From an uncultured Actinomycetota bacterium (GTDB lineage Bacteria; Actinomycetota; Actinomycetes; Mycobacteriales; Mycobacteriaceae), in contig CAVQTS010000010.1 in the NCBI GenBank assembly GCA_963716465.1, forward strand, positions 2,657 to 66,656: 64,000 nt of DNA, given 5' to 3'. The notes below the pieces were generated by a model. That model saw only the letters and a program-made list of their open reading frames with translations. It had not been told where the DNA came from and searched no databases. Of this stretch, positions 32,088-41,338 are shown one piece after another. The stretch's first letter is position 1. Each line of letters starts with the position of its first letter. The translations under genes were made by a program, and so were the position numbers.

Positions 32088-32462
32088 TCAGTAGTTGGTG
32101 CAGGTGTTGGCCACCTGCATGATCTCCTGCTGGCCCTGCGGTCCGATCGCCGAGGCGATCATCTGTTGCATCTGGGGGTTGTTGGCCTGCTGCTGGGCGA
32201 TCAGCGCCTGGCGCTGATCGATCGGCAGGGCCAGGAACTGCTGCAACCTGGTCTGCATCTGCGGCCGGTTGTTGAGCATGGTGGCCAGATCGGGTGCCTG
32301 CGCATTGAGCGCGGAGGTGATCTGGGCGTAGCTGCAGGTGGTGGTGGCCAATGCGGCCGTGATCGGATCGGCCGATGCCTGGCCGGCTGCCGGTGTCAGG
32401 ACGATCGCGGCCAGCAGGGCGCCGCCGACGGCGACACCGCCTAGCAGACGTACAGATGTCAT
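32088..32462 (-). CDS. secreted hemophore-related (Rv0203-like) protein
   Basis: Signal peptide, then ADPITAALATTTCSYAQITSAL...LQQFLALP...VANTC. Confidence 0.8.
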   Translation of the reverse strand: MTSVRLLGGVAVGGALLAAIVLTPAAGQASADPITAALATTTCSYAQITSALNAQAPDLATMLNNRPQMQTRLQQFLALPIDQRQALIAQQQANNPQMQQMIASAIGPQGQQEIMQVANTCTNY

Positions 32463-32607
32463 GAGACACGTGCCCTTTCTTCCGATGAGGAATAAGCCGT
32501 CGAGAGTGTGAAGGTAAGTTAACCATCGACGGCGGGATTTTGCGAGTCCAACTAGCAACAGTTTCGAAATATTACCGGTCGAGTAAGTGAGCGAACGCCA
32601 ATCCGCG

Positions 32608-33342
32608 TCAGGTGGAGTTCTCCTGTGAGTAGCTGTTGTTGAGGTTGTCCTGTAGGACGTGCGCGCTGGTCGTGGTGGTGAGGACATCCAGCGGTGCGGA
32701 CAGGGTCCGGACGTCGTATTTCCATCCGGCCGGCAGGGTCAGTCGGGACGCCAGGCCCGGCAGATCGGCTTGCGAGAGTGTGGGGTCCGTCTTCTGGCTC
32801 CAACTCTGCATGACCCAGCGTGTCCCGTTCGGTTCCACCAGTTCGTAGACCTGCTGTCCGGCGTCGAAGGTGAACTCGGCTCCGCGATTCACCGCGTGCG
32901 GGGTGTAGGGCCGCGCCGCCGTCACCGGATTGCCGATGTCCACCGTGGCTTCCTTGCGCATCGCGATCCCGCCGAAGGTCGTGGTTTGGCCCGCCGCACC
33001 GTCCTTGGCGATGGAGTCCATCAGCCAGTACCGCGGTCCATTGAGCACCGCGGTGAGCGCGCCGTTGTCGTCGGCGATCTTGTCGGCATCCAGCGCCGCC
33101 CACTGCGGCTGCGGGCAGTCGTTCAGCCCATAGGAGTTGTACACATCGGCGCTCAACCCGCTCAGGCCCGCGTGGACGAGAAGGACCTCGCAATACCGTT
33201 TGCCCCGCAGGTCGGTGGCCACAACGTGGGTTGTGACCGATGTCGTCGGGGCGGGCGCCGGCCCGGTGCCGCACGCCGCGCCGGTCAGGATCGCCGCGAC
33301 GATCCCCAGGGTCGCGGCGAACCGGTGCCGGTGAGATCTCAT
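32608..33342 (-). CDS. putative lipoprotein of unknown function
   Basis: Signal ending ILTGAAC; globular domain RYCEVLL...NDCP...GPRYWLMD. Confidence 0.7.
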   Translation of the reverse strand: MRSHRHRFAATLGIVAAILTGAACGTGPAPAPTTSVTTHVVATDLRGKRYCEVLLVHAGLSGLSADVYNSYGLNDCPQPQWAALDADKIADDNGALTAVLNGPRYWLMDSIAKDGAAGQTTTFGGIAMRKEATVDIGNPVTAARPYTPHAVNRGAEFTFDAGQQVYELVEPNGTRWVMQSWSQKTDPTLSQADLPGLASRLTLPAGWKYDVRTLSAPLDVLTTTTSAHVLQDNLNNSYSQENST

Positions 33343-33421
33343 GGCGGCAAGTAAAGCACCGCCGGCGATATTATGCGAGTGCGACTAGCAATATCTCCGG
33401 TCGGCCTCTACCCTGTTCGAC

Positions 33422-34070
33422 GTGAGCGCAGAACCCGTTGACGTCAGTGGCGATGTGGGCGTGCAACCGGACGGACGGCGGGCGCGGCGCGAGCGCGGCA
33501 GGCAGGCGGTGGTCGACGCGGCATTCGCGCTGATTCTGGAAGGCAAGATCCCCCCGTCGGCGCAGGATGTTGCCGAGCGGGCCGGGGTGTCGGTCTCCTC
33601 GGTGTTCCGCAACTTCGATGGCCTGGCCGACCTGCAGGGTCAGGCCTTGGATCGATTCCGTTCCCGCTATTCGCATTTCGTCGCCGCCAGGCCCGCACCG
33701 GGTGCGGATCTTGACTCGCGAATCGGATTTCTTTGTGCGCCAACGGGTGAGCCTCTATGGGCAAGCCGGACCGTTGTTGATGCTGGCGCGGACCCGCGCA
33801 TTGGACCACAACACCATGGCAGAGGCGGTCGCCCACAACCGTGCCGCCCTCGCGGCCCAGACGCAAGAGTGCTTCCGGGCCGAAATCGCCTCGCGGACAA
33901 TGACAGCCGCATCAGATCTGGTATCACTGCTGGACGCGCTGACGTCTCCGGAGGCCTTCGAACTGATGACCAGGACCCATGGCCGGTCTGCCCGACAGAT
34001 CACCCGGTCGTGGCGGTTGGGGCTGCGGGAGTTGATCGCCGGGTGGCCACACGTACGGCCACCGCACTAG
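33422..34070 (+). CDS. TetR-family regulator with +1 frameshift at TTT 33728-33730 (error or pseudogene)
   Basis: DGRRARRERGRQAVVDAA...VAERAGVSVSSVFRNF continues in another frame as FFVRQRVSLY...DALTSPEAF; span 649 = 3n+1. Confidence 0.8.
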
Positions 34071-34144
34071 CCGCCGGCGACAGGATCGTCACCGGATGAG
34101 CCCAGCCTTAGATTTCGCGCCGAACGCCTGAGGGGAGACCGTCG

Positions 34145-34789
34145 ATGATGTCCGGGTGGTGGGTGTGGCTGGTGGCGGCCGTGCTCTACGGTGCCTTTCG
34201 ATTGTTCTATGACAACTGGCGTGGCAGGCTGACGCCGGTCGAGATCGAGGCCCTGCTGGCCCAAGCCGAGGCACAGGGCGCGGGCGAGGTGAATGATCTG
34301 TCGATCGTGCGCACCTTCCTCGAAGAAGACGACGGCCGCGAATTCATCATGGTCAATCTGGTCCGGGTGCCCGACACCACGGTCACTGATCCTGACACCG
34401 GGGAACAGGTGCCGGCGCGGGCGATGATGCAGGCCTATTCCAAAGCATTCATGCCGCTGCTGCTGCGACACGGCGGCCATCCGGCGCTGGCGACCCGCAA
34501 AATCGGCGGCTACGTCGATTCCTGGCTGGTGGGCCCCGATCCGGGCTGGAGCATCGTCGGCTTCATGCGCTACCGCTCGCGCCGCGACATGCTCAAGATG
34601 GTGCTCGACCCCGCCTTCGAGGCCGCCCACAAATACAAACCGCTCGGGGTCGCCGAGACCTTCTCCTTCCCGACCCAGCCCTTCCTGCGCACCTACGTCA
34701 GCCCGCGCATCTCGGTGTTCCTGATCCTCGCCCTGGCCGCCGCGCTCGCGCAGTTGGCGATCATCGCCACCACCGGATGTGTTCTGTGA
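34145..34789 (+). CDS. membrane-anchored protein with DUF1330/dimeric alpha-beta barrel-like domain
   Basis: TM at both ends, DDGREFIMVNL, MRYRSRRDML. Confidence 0.6.
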   Translation: MMSGWWVWLVAAVLYGAFRLFYDNWRGRLTPVEIEALLAQAEAQGAGEVNDLSIVRTFLEEDDGREFIMVNLVRVPDTTVTDPDTGEQVPARAMMQAYSKAFMPLLLRHGGHPALATRKIGGYVDSWLVGPDPGWSIVGFMRYRSRRDMLKMVLDPAFEAAHKYKPLGVAETFSFPTQPFLRTYVSPRISVFLILALAAALAQLAIIATTGCVL

Positions 34790-34851
34790 GCACCGGGACC
34801 GCCCCGCTTCATGGTGGGCCGCGCCGGCACGTCGTGTGCGGCGGCGATCTC

Positions 34852-35295
34852 TCAACGACTATGTGACAGCAGTACTTGCAATGTCTCGCGCAAGGCGTCC
34901 AGGCGGTGTTGCCCGAGGATCTCTTGCCACAGGTGTTCGCGATCGACGGCGTTGGAGCGCATCACATGTAGCGCTTGGTGGCCGCGCGGTGTCAATGCGA
35001 TACCCAGAGCCCGCGCGTCCTCGACGTCGGGTGATCGCGCGACGTAGCCGTGCCGTTCCAGCACTTTGACGGCCTGGGCTACGGCTTGTCGGCTGACGCC
35101 GAGCCGGTCGGCGAGTTCGGAGGCATGCAGTGGGCCCGCCGCGAGCGGCACCAGGGCCATCGCCTGTGCTGGGCGAATACCGTCGAGGCCGGCGGCGGCG
35201 AATGCGGCCCGCAGGCCAGGTCCGCCGCCGGCCGCCAGCATCTGCACCAGCGCGGGCACCGTCGGCTGCCACTCTCTATCGGAAACATCGCCCAT
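34852..35295 (-). CDS. MarR-family regulator
   Basis: ASELADRLGVSRQAVAQAVKVLERHGYVARSPDVEDARA...LTPRG. Confidence 0.85.
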   Translation of the reverse strand: MGDVSDREWQPTVPALVQMLAAGGGPGLRAAFAAAGLDGIRPAQAMALVPLAAGPLHASELADRLGVSRQAVAQAVKVLERHGYVARSPDVEDARALGIALTPRGHQALHVMRSNAVDREHLWQEILGQHRLDALRETLQVLLSHSR

Positions 35296-35360
35296 GAATC
35301 ACGAGTCTGTCACCCGCCACCGAATTGACAAGATACTTGTCAAAATTGGTTCGGAGGCCC

Positions 35361-36320
35361 ATGATGGGCGACATGGCCACCCGAGCGATGCAGCTACTTC
35401 TCAGTTGCGTGATGAGCGTCCTCGCCATGCTCATCAGCAGCTGTCTGGGCGGAGGCCATGCCGTCGGTGCCCCATCCCCGCCTGGAGCTATTCCGATCGG
35501 GCAGTCCACCCAGTCGCTGCAGTCCGGCGGCCTGACCCGGACGTTTCATCTGTACCGACCTGACGGTTTGACCGGCGCGGCCCCGTTGGTGGTGATGCTG
35601 CACGGCGGCTACGGCGACGGCGCACAGGCCGAACGGGCCTACCACTGGGACGCAGAAGCCGACACCGGGCATTTTCTGGTTGCCTATCCCGACGGAGTCG
35701 ATCGGGCCTGGAACGCAGGCAGCTGTTGCGGGCGCCCGCAGCGCGCCAACATCGACGATGTGGGCTTCCTGACTGCCATGGTCAGCAGCGTCGAGCAGCA
35801 GCTCCCCATCGACACCACCCGGGTCTACGTCACCGGCATGTCCAACGGCGCCATGATGGCTCTGCGCCTCGGCTGCCAAACCAACCTCTTCGCCGCCATC
35901 GCCCCGGTGGCAGGCACCCTGCTGACCGACTGTTCACAAGCCCAACCCACCTCGGTCCTACAGATCCACGGCACCGCCGATGACCGCGTGCCCTACAACG
36001 GCGGACCAGGCAAAGCCCTCTCGGCGACCGGCGCCCCCAATGTCGATGGGCCCTCGGTGGAATCCGTCAACGCCACCTGGCGTGCCATCAACGGCTGCCC
36101 AGCGCCTACGTCCACCACCAATGGCGACGTGACCACCCAGATCGCGGACTGCCCCGACGGACGCACTGTCGAACTCATCACGATCGCCGGCGCCGGTCAC
36201 CAATGGCCCGGCGGCGTCCCCAGTCCCCTGGCGCAAGACCTCGGAGACCTCCCACCTCCCTCGACAGCACTGAACGCCACCGACACCATCTGGGGCTTCT
36301 TCAGCCAACACCACCGCTGA
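35361..36320 (+). CDS. secreted PHB-depolymerase-type esterase (LpqC/LpqP-like)
   Basis: LVVMLHGG, WNAGSCCG, DDVGFL, VTGMSNGA nucleophile, IHGTADDRVP, GAGHQWPG. Confidence 0.88.
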   Translation: MMGDMATRAMQLLLSCVMSVLAMLISSCLGGGHAVGAPSPPGAIPIGQSTQSLQSGGLTRTFHLYRPDGLTGAAPLVVMLHGGYGDGAQAERAYHWDAEADTGHFLVAYPDGVDRAWNAGSCCGRPQRANIDDVGFLTAMVSSVEQQLPIDTTRVYVTGMSNGAMMALRLGCQTNLFAAIAPVAGTLLTDCSQAQPTSVLQIHGTADDRVPYNGGPGKALSATGAPNVDGPSVESVNATWRAINGCPAPTSTTNGDVTTQIADCPDGRTVELITIAGAGHQWPGGVPSPLAQDLGDLPPPSTALNATDTIWGFFSQHHR

Positions 36321-36432
36321 TAGTCGCCACTGAATGAAAGCGACCCGGGATTGGACGCTGTCGGCATCTACGCTCGGCCTCAGGCGACCTCGTTGTGCCG
36401 GATGATCGCCAACCGGCGTCTTAGACCACATT

Positions 36433-36471
36433 TGCGCCCCCGGCAGGAATCGAACCTGCGACCTAGGGATT
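36433..36471 (-). repeat. att core, left copy: 39-bp 3' half of a tRNA, probably tRNA-Arg(TCT)
   Basis: TGCGCCCCCGGCAGGAATCGAACCTGCGACCTAGGGATT, identical to 42541-42579; its reverse complement has the GGTTCGATTCC T-arm; no 5' half adjoins it. Confidence 0.92.
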
Positions 36472-36729
36472 AACAGATGAGTCTTCATGATGGTTGCCGA
36501 ATGGTGTTGATATCTCCACGTTAGAGGGTATTTTACGTGCGAAAATGAGTTAGCTGACTTCAGTCGATTTTGACCAATTTTCACTCATTTTCGATGAATA
36601 AACGATGGCTCCAAGATGCACGTGTAGGAGTCACGAGCACGGGCGGTCGGTGCTGACCCGTGCAGAGTTCAGCGTCGCTGTCGTGCAGACAGGGGTCTCG
36701 GTTTCAGCGAAGCCCGGGACAAGGGCGCG

Positions 36730-37020
36730 TTACGAACGCTCGGCCAGTTCGCCGTAGCGTTCCTGAGCGGCCTGGCGGCTGGTGCCAAGCATGGCTGCGA
36801 TCTGAGTCCAGGTGTGTCCGTGCACGCGGGCCTCGGCCACCGCATCGGCCAATTCCGCCTGGCTTTTTGCAACAGCGCACACGGCATCGCCGATGCGGCG
36901 CAGCCGACTGGCATCGGCGTCCGGGGAGGCAACACTCGCCGGGTCAAGCGAGTCGAGCCACCGCTCGGCGGCCTCGGCTGCTTGCTGGAGCTGTTCGCGG
37001 GTTCGGGGCATGTCCATCAC
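36730..37020 (-). CDS. putative antitoxin with C-terminal HTH
   Basis: HTWTQIAAMLGTSRQAAQERY; starts 2 bp after the stop of the upstream small gene. Confidence 0.7.
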   Translation of the reverse strand: MMDMPRTREQLQQAAEAAERWLDSLDPASVASPDADASRLRRIGDAVCAVAKSQAELADAVAEARVHGHTWTQIAAMLGTSRQAAQERYGELAERS

Positions 37021-37022
37021 CT

Positions 37023-37244
37023 CTATAAGTGCTCGTAGAACTTGGGGCGGAGCGGCATCGCGTGGATCGCAACGAGTTGTCCGTCGTCATCGAGAACGAC
37101 GACCTCAAGGAGCCGGCCGGTTCGGTCGGCACCGATGTAGAGATCGCGATCGCCCTGGCCCACAACGCGGATGGCGTTGCGGACTGCGTGCTTGATGTCC
37201 TCGTCGTCAACACCGTGCTTGCGGGCGTTGTCGGCGACCTCCAC
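37023..37244 (-). CDS. putative toxin (small RelE/BrnT/DUF4258-like fold)
   Basis: 73 aa, ARKHGVDDEDIKHAV...LYIGADRTGRLLEVVV...AIHAMPLR. Confidence 0.65.
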   Translation of the reverse strand: MEVADNARKHGVDDEDIKHAVRNAIRVVGQGDRDLYIGADRTGRLLEVVVLDDDGQLVAIHAMPLRPKFYEHL

Positions 37245-37248
37245 CTAT

Positions 37249-37289
37249 GCAGGTTATCTTGCCTCCAGTCGCGGTGCAAGTTACCTTGC
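37249..37289. promoter_or_regulatory. paired operators GCA(A/G)G-N4-CTTGC upstream of the toxin gene
   Basis: GCAGGTTATCTTGC (37249-37262) and GCAAGTTACCTTGC (37276-37289). Confidence 0.7.
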
Positions 37290-37446
37290 GGGGTCAGGAA
37301 CGGGACCAGGGGAGTCGTCGTACGGACCGCGGTCGAAGCGTAGGCAGGATCTGAACCCTCCTGGCGGGGGGACCTGCCGGAGGCGGTGCTGGCGACGCGG
37401 CCGTCGTTCGCAGGCTGCGCGAGGCGCTTCCCCAACGGGGCTGCAA

Positions 37447-38104
37447 GCTATTACCAACAGGCTATTACCGCTGGTAACAGGCCTGCTAATAGCGCGCGGC
37501 CCCGACACCCTGCGGGTGTCGGGGCCGCGTCGGGTCTTTGGCCCTTCTCGGGCCAAAGCCCCTCCCCACCCCCAACTTTCCCGCCATAGTGTCGGGGCCG
37601 GGAGGGCGTGCTTTACTCTCACCGCTGCCCCGCCCGCGGGGCAGCGGGCCGGGGTGGGGTGGGTTGCCCCTTTCACCGGTTGGCGGCCTCCTCGCCTACG
37701 GGGTTTGATCTCCGCGGGTGTCCTGATGGCGTGGATTGCAGGCGCCTTGGAGGTTCTCGAGATGGTTGGCATGTCTGCGGTCGACGCTCAGTTTGCGGAC
37801 GGCGACGATCCGGTCAATTTCTTTCGTCGAACAGGTGGCGTTCGGCCAGGGCGTGGGTGGCCGCTTGTCGCTGTGCCTCGGTGCGCAGGTCGTGCTGCAC
37901 AGCAAACGTGTCTCCTTCTGTCATGGCCTGGTACTCCCGGTTGGGGCGGTCCAGTTCCCGCGCCAGCGTTCCTGTCATCCCACCTGATGTTTTGGAGCGA
38001 TTTCTTCGTGCGGGGGGTGGGGAGGTGGGGAAATCCCCACTCAACATATGTACAGTTCAGGATGGTTTTCGAGGGGGTGGGGAGAGGGTGGGGACCCCAC
38101 CCCG
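37447..38104. other. non-coding, structured region; candidate replication origin or packaging region
   Basis: GCTATTACC x2, a perfect 16-bp hairpin at 37495-37529, an 11-bp hairpin at 37622-37647, and two GGGTGGGG-rich repeats at about 38010-38040 and 38072-38100, directly after the helicase-like gene. Confidence 0.55.
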
Positions 38105-38112
38105 GGTGCCGG

Positions 38113-39393
38113 CTAGTTGGATTCCATTCGGTACTTGGGGGCACGGCCTTCCATCTCCTCGCAGCAAACAAGGAATCCTGTGTCGAAGAGGAGATCGAAG
38201 ACGGGTGCGAAGTCCTGCCGGATGGTCGAGTCGCACGCCTGAAGCAGGTCCTTCCTGCTCGCTGCCCCGACCCGCTGGAGCTTTCGGCTGATGGCCTTGG
38301 CGACCCGCTGCTGACGTTCCTCAGTCAGACGTTCGGCGATGATCGCTTCCCTGTCGGCTTGGTTGTGAGCCTTCGCCACGTTTGCATTGCGGCGGCGGTC
38401 ATCTAAGACGAATCGGACGTCGTCACGGGCACGCTTGGACACCGCCAGCAGTTCCCCTCCGATCTTCCAATCGAACTCGTCGATGTCCCGTCGCCCCTCC
38501 AGCAGCGCCAGCCCGAATGCGACCTTCAACCTGGTGAGCATCAGGTGACCGTCAAGCGGGTCGATGTCGGTGGAACCGGTCAGGACGAGGTGGCGGTGGG
38601 CGAGGATCTCGTCGGTGACCGACTCGGGCACCGAGACCAGGTACTCCTCGTCGCAGCCGAAGTCAGGGACGATCACGTCGACCGGAGTCACTGGCTCGGG
38701 TCGGTCGGCCGGGGCGTACGGGTCGATCGTTGGCACCCACAGGAATCGTTGCGGGAACCCGTCCTTCTCCCGGTCGAGGAAGAAATCGCAGTTCTCCGGT
38801 TGGGAACTGATCCCCAAGCAGAGGCGATACGAGTGGGCCGGGACCGCGGTGGTGGTCTCCTTCTGCGCGTTGTGAAAGCCCAACGGTTGTCCCATGTAGG
38901 CCTTCAAAAGCTCCCCGGCCAGCGTGGCACCCTGGCGGCCCGCCAGCGCGGCCAGTGTTGAGACCTCGGGCACGGTCAGGTGCGCCCGCATCATGCCCGG
39001 CTGGTTCTTGGAGCCCTTGAAAAGTCGGGCCAATCCTTCCCCGGTGCCGATACTCGGGCGTTCGGCGTCAAGGGGTATCCCGCCCTCGCCGGGGAAGGAC
39101 ACAGCCGAGAAGCCGGCCGCGTCAGCGGCGTCCTTACCCTGTCCAGATCGGCCCACGGCGACAGTGTTCAGGTTGACCGAAACCGCGCCACCAACGATCG
39201 GCGGCAGCTTCACCTTCGGGTCAACACAGGAGATCGCCCGCCGCAGAACACAACCCAGTACCGGGTAGGGTGCGACCGATCGGGATCGGGCGAATCGGTG
39301 GATGTGGATGAGGATGTCCCGTTGGGTCCAGAACCCGATATCGGGGTCGGACTCCTCGGCACTCATCGGTTCGACGGTGCTGGCATCGATCAC
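38113..39393 (-). CDS. replication protein, putative helicase (DUF3987-like P-loop)
   Basis: VAVGRSGQGK Walker-A-like motif, EVSTL, YRLCLGISSQP, GFPQRFLW; overlaps the primase-polymerase gene. Confidence 0.7.
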   Translation of the reverse strand: MIDASTVEPMSAEESDPDIGFWTQRDILIHIHRFARSRSVAPYPVLGCVLRRAISCVDPKVKLPPIVGGAVSVNLNTVAVGRSGQGKDAADAAGFSAVSFPGEGGIPLDAERPSIGTGEGLARLFKGSKNQPGMMRAHLTVPEVSTLAALAGRQGATLAGELLKAYMGQPLGFHNAQKETTTAVPAHSYRLCLGISSQPENCDFFLDREKDGFPQRFLWVPTIDPYAPADRPEPVTPVDVIVPDFGCDEEYLVSVPESVTDEILAHRHLVLTGSTDIDPLDGHLMLTRLKVAFGLALLEGRRDIDEFDWKIGGELLAVSKRARDDVRFVLDDRRRNANVAKAHNQADREAIIAERLTEERQQRVAKAISRKLQRVGAASRKDLLQACDSTIRQDFAPVFDLLFDTGFLVCCEEMEGRAPKYRMESN

Positions 39394-40463
39394 GGAATCT
39401 CCTGCAGTCGTAATGCTCTGGCGGCAGCAGACATATCTCCCCCATGGTTCAGGACTGCGTACGCGCGGAATTTCGTGTAGCCCTTAGGGTTATCGGGCTC
39501 GGTGGCCTCGAAGTCGGTCGATGTTGAGTAGACGAACAGGCAGCCGTTCCGGACCGTGGCCGAACAGCTCGACGTCGCGGCCGGGTGCAGCCACACCGCA
39601 CCATCCGACTCTGGGTCGTTCGTGACGCAGCGCCAGCCGCGCGGCTGCAGGATCGACGCCCAGGTGCTGGTGGCGCAGAAGTCTTCGGCGATCGACCGGC
39701 CCCAAGTGTGGACGCTGACCAGTCGGCGCGTCGACCTTGGGGCGGCTTTGACCGTTTCGAGGCACAACAGATTCACCAGCCATGCGGGAGGCGTGGCGAC
39801 CGGCCCCTCAACCCGCGTGTAGCGGTTACCGGTATCGGGGTGGATCGACGGCGGACCCACGACATAGCCGGTCGAGGTCTTGATCTCGATGCCCTTGGGC
39901 AGCTTCATGACCGACAGCTCCCCGTGCGGCCGCCGGAAGTACAGATGCCGTCCACCGGTGGCGCGGCCGGTGACCGTGGTCAACGTCTCGGGCAAGGTGC
40001 CGTACCGGTTCTCCATCGCCCTTAGGGCGTCAAGGTTGTCGACGTCAAGGACGAACATTGACTCAGGCACCCTGATCCCGATATTGCAGCCGGCCCACTG
40101 TCTGCCCCACCACGAGGCGACCGTGCGGATGTCGGTCGTGGCGTCGTAGAGGCCGTGGCCGAACTGCCCGCACTCGCCGCGGCAGTTCTTCCTCTCCTTG
40201 CTGCCCTCCGGGTGGGGGCTGGCGATCACGGGGCACTTTCCCCGCAGAGGGAAGACCGGCCACTTGTTCGCCGCGTACTCGACCGCGTAGGTGCCGATGC
40301 CGCTGGCGGCCGACTGGGCGCGGAGAAGTTCCTCACCTTCCCGCTGCTGTGCCACGATGGCTTTAGACCTGCTCTCCCGGATGGATGGTTGGTTGAACGG
40401 CTCCCGGCTCGGTGGTGGTGCATCGAGGACATCGGGGGCCGTTTTCTCATGCCGCATCACCAC
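39390..40463 (-). CDS. bifunctional DNA primase/polymerase (Prim-Pol)
   Basis: WPVFPL, ATTD...WW...NIGI, VLDVD, TGRATGGRHLYF, GYVVGPPSIHPDTG.Y. Confidence 0.9.
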   Translation of the reverse strand: MVMRHEKTAPDVLDAPPPSREPFNQPSIRESRSKAIVAQQREGEELLRAQSAASGIGTYAVEYAANKWPVFPLRGKCPVIASPHPEGSKERKNCRGECGQFGHGLYDATTDIRTVASWWGRQWAGCNIGIRVPESMFVLDVDNLDALRAMENRYGTLPETLTTVTGRATGGRHLYFRRPHGELSVMKLPKGIEIKTSTGYVVGPPSIHPDTGNRYTRVEGPVATPPAWLVNLLCLETVKAAPRSTRRLVSVHTWGRSIAEDFCATSTWASILQPRGWRCVTNDPESDGAVWLHPAATSSCSATVRNGCLFVYSTSTDFEATEPDNPKGYTKFRAYAVLNHGGDMSAAARALRLQEIP

Positions 40464-40716
40464 CGGTGAACTGGGCGTTCTCCCACGCGATCACGTCGGA
40501 CAGCCGGTAGCGGACGTGCCGGCCGAAGCGGGCATAACGCGGCCCCACGCCGTGGTGTGCCCACTGGTCAAGGGTCGACTTCCTCACCTTCAGCCGTTCA
40601 GCGACCTCAAGGCGCGTTAGCCACTCGTCAACCAGGGGAGCGAAATGTGGGTCAGAGCCACACTTAAGACCGTTAATTGATTCCATGTCGGCAACCGTAG
40701 GGTCCACTCGCGACAC
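40447..40716 (-). CDS. excisionase / AlpA-like HTH DNA-binding protein
   Basis: WLTRLEVAERLKVRKSTLDQWAHHGVGPRYARFGRHVRYRLSDVIAW. Confidence 0.9.
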   Translation of the reverse strand: MSRVDPTVADMESINGLKCGSDPHFAPLVDEWLTRLEVAERLKVRKSTLDQWAHHGVGPRYARFGRHVRYRLSDVIAWENAQFTGGDAA

Positions 40717-40759
40717 TTCTCAAGAGGGATGCGTTAGTTCGAAGAGAATGCATTAGATT

Positions 40760-41338
40760 TTGCGTGTGTCACACACATCGATGTCTTGGGACGAGCAGGT
40801 CGTCAAGCGGATCGCCTCTCAAATACGCGCGCTGCGAACAGCAGAGGGCATCTCGGCGCAAGGACTGGCCGACAGGATCACCGAACTGGGGCACGCGATG
40901 TCCCGATCGACACTGGCCGACATTGAGAACGGCCGGCGGAAGTACATCACCGTCACCGAGCTGATGATGCTCGCTAGGGCTTTGAACACCGCCCCGATTC
41001 TGCTGATCTACCCCGGCCCCTACGGAGACGCCACCGAGGTTCTCCCCAACATCAACTTCACTCAGATGCAGGCGCTCAAGTGGTTCACGGGAGACTTGAC
41101 GGGTTCCGCCGATGCCGCTATTTACGGCGAGGCTAGGTCCGACGACCGCGACATCTACCAGTCCACTGTCCGCCGGCAGCGCTTGGAGATGGCGCTCTGG
41201 GACCTCGAAGAAAAGCAGGCCGCCATGGAGGAGCTGATCCGCCGTCTTCGACCGGGTGACGAGTCGACGATCAAAGCCATCGAAGAATCCGTCGAGATGG
41301 CCCGGACGATCGAGAGTTACAAGCTGTATGGCGGGTAG
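40760..41338 (+). CDS. XRE-family repressor; start may be 40781
   Basis: IRALRTAEGISAQGLADR...MSRSTLADIENGRR. Confidence 0.85.
   Translation: MRVSHTSMSWDEQVVKRIASQIRALRTAEGISAQGLADRITELGHAMSRSTLADIENGRRKYITVTELMMLARALNTAPILLIYPGPYGDATEVLPNINFTQMQALKWFTGDLTGSADAAIYGEARSDDRDIYQSTVRRQRLEMALWDLEEKQAAMEELIRRLRPGDESTIKAIEESVEMARTIESYKLYGG

Noticed and set aside
36433-36480. Intact tRNA gene at either att copy (the left one even shows CTGTTAA, like an Asn anticodon loop)
   Set aside because: No D-arm or 5' acceptor strand is present upstream on the minus strand at either copy; these are 3' halves only.
37171-38406. Long alternative ORFs (411 aa and 227 aa) across the satellite's intergenic block
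   Set aside because: Low-complexity translations with no motifs or SD, overlapping real genes on the opposite strand; typical GC-rich shadow frames.
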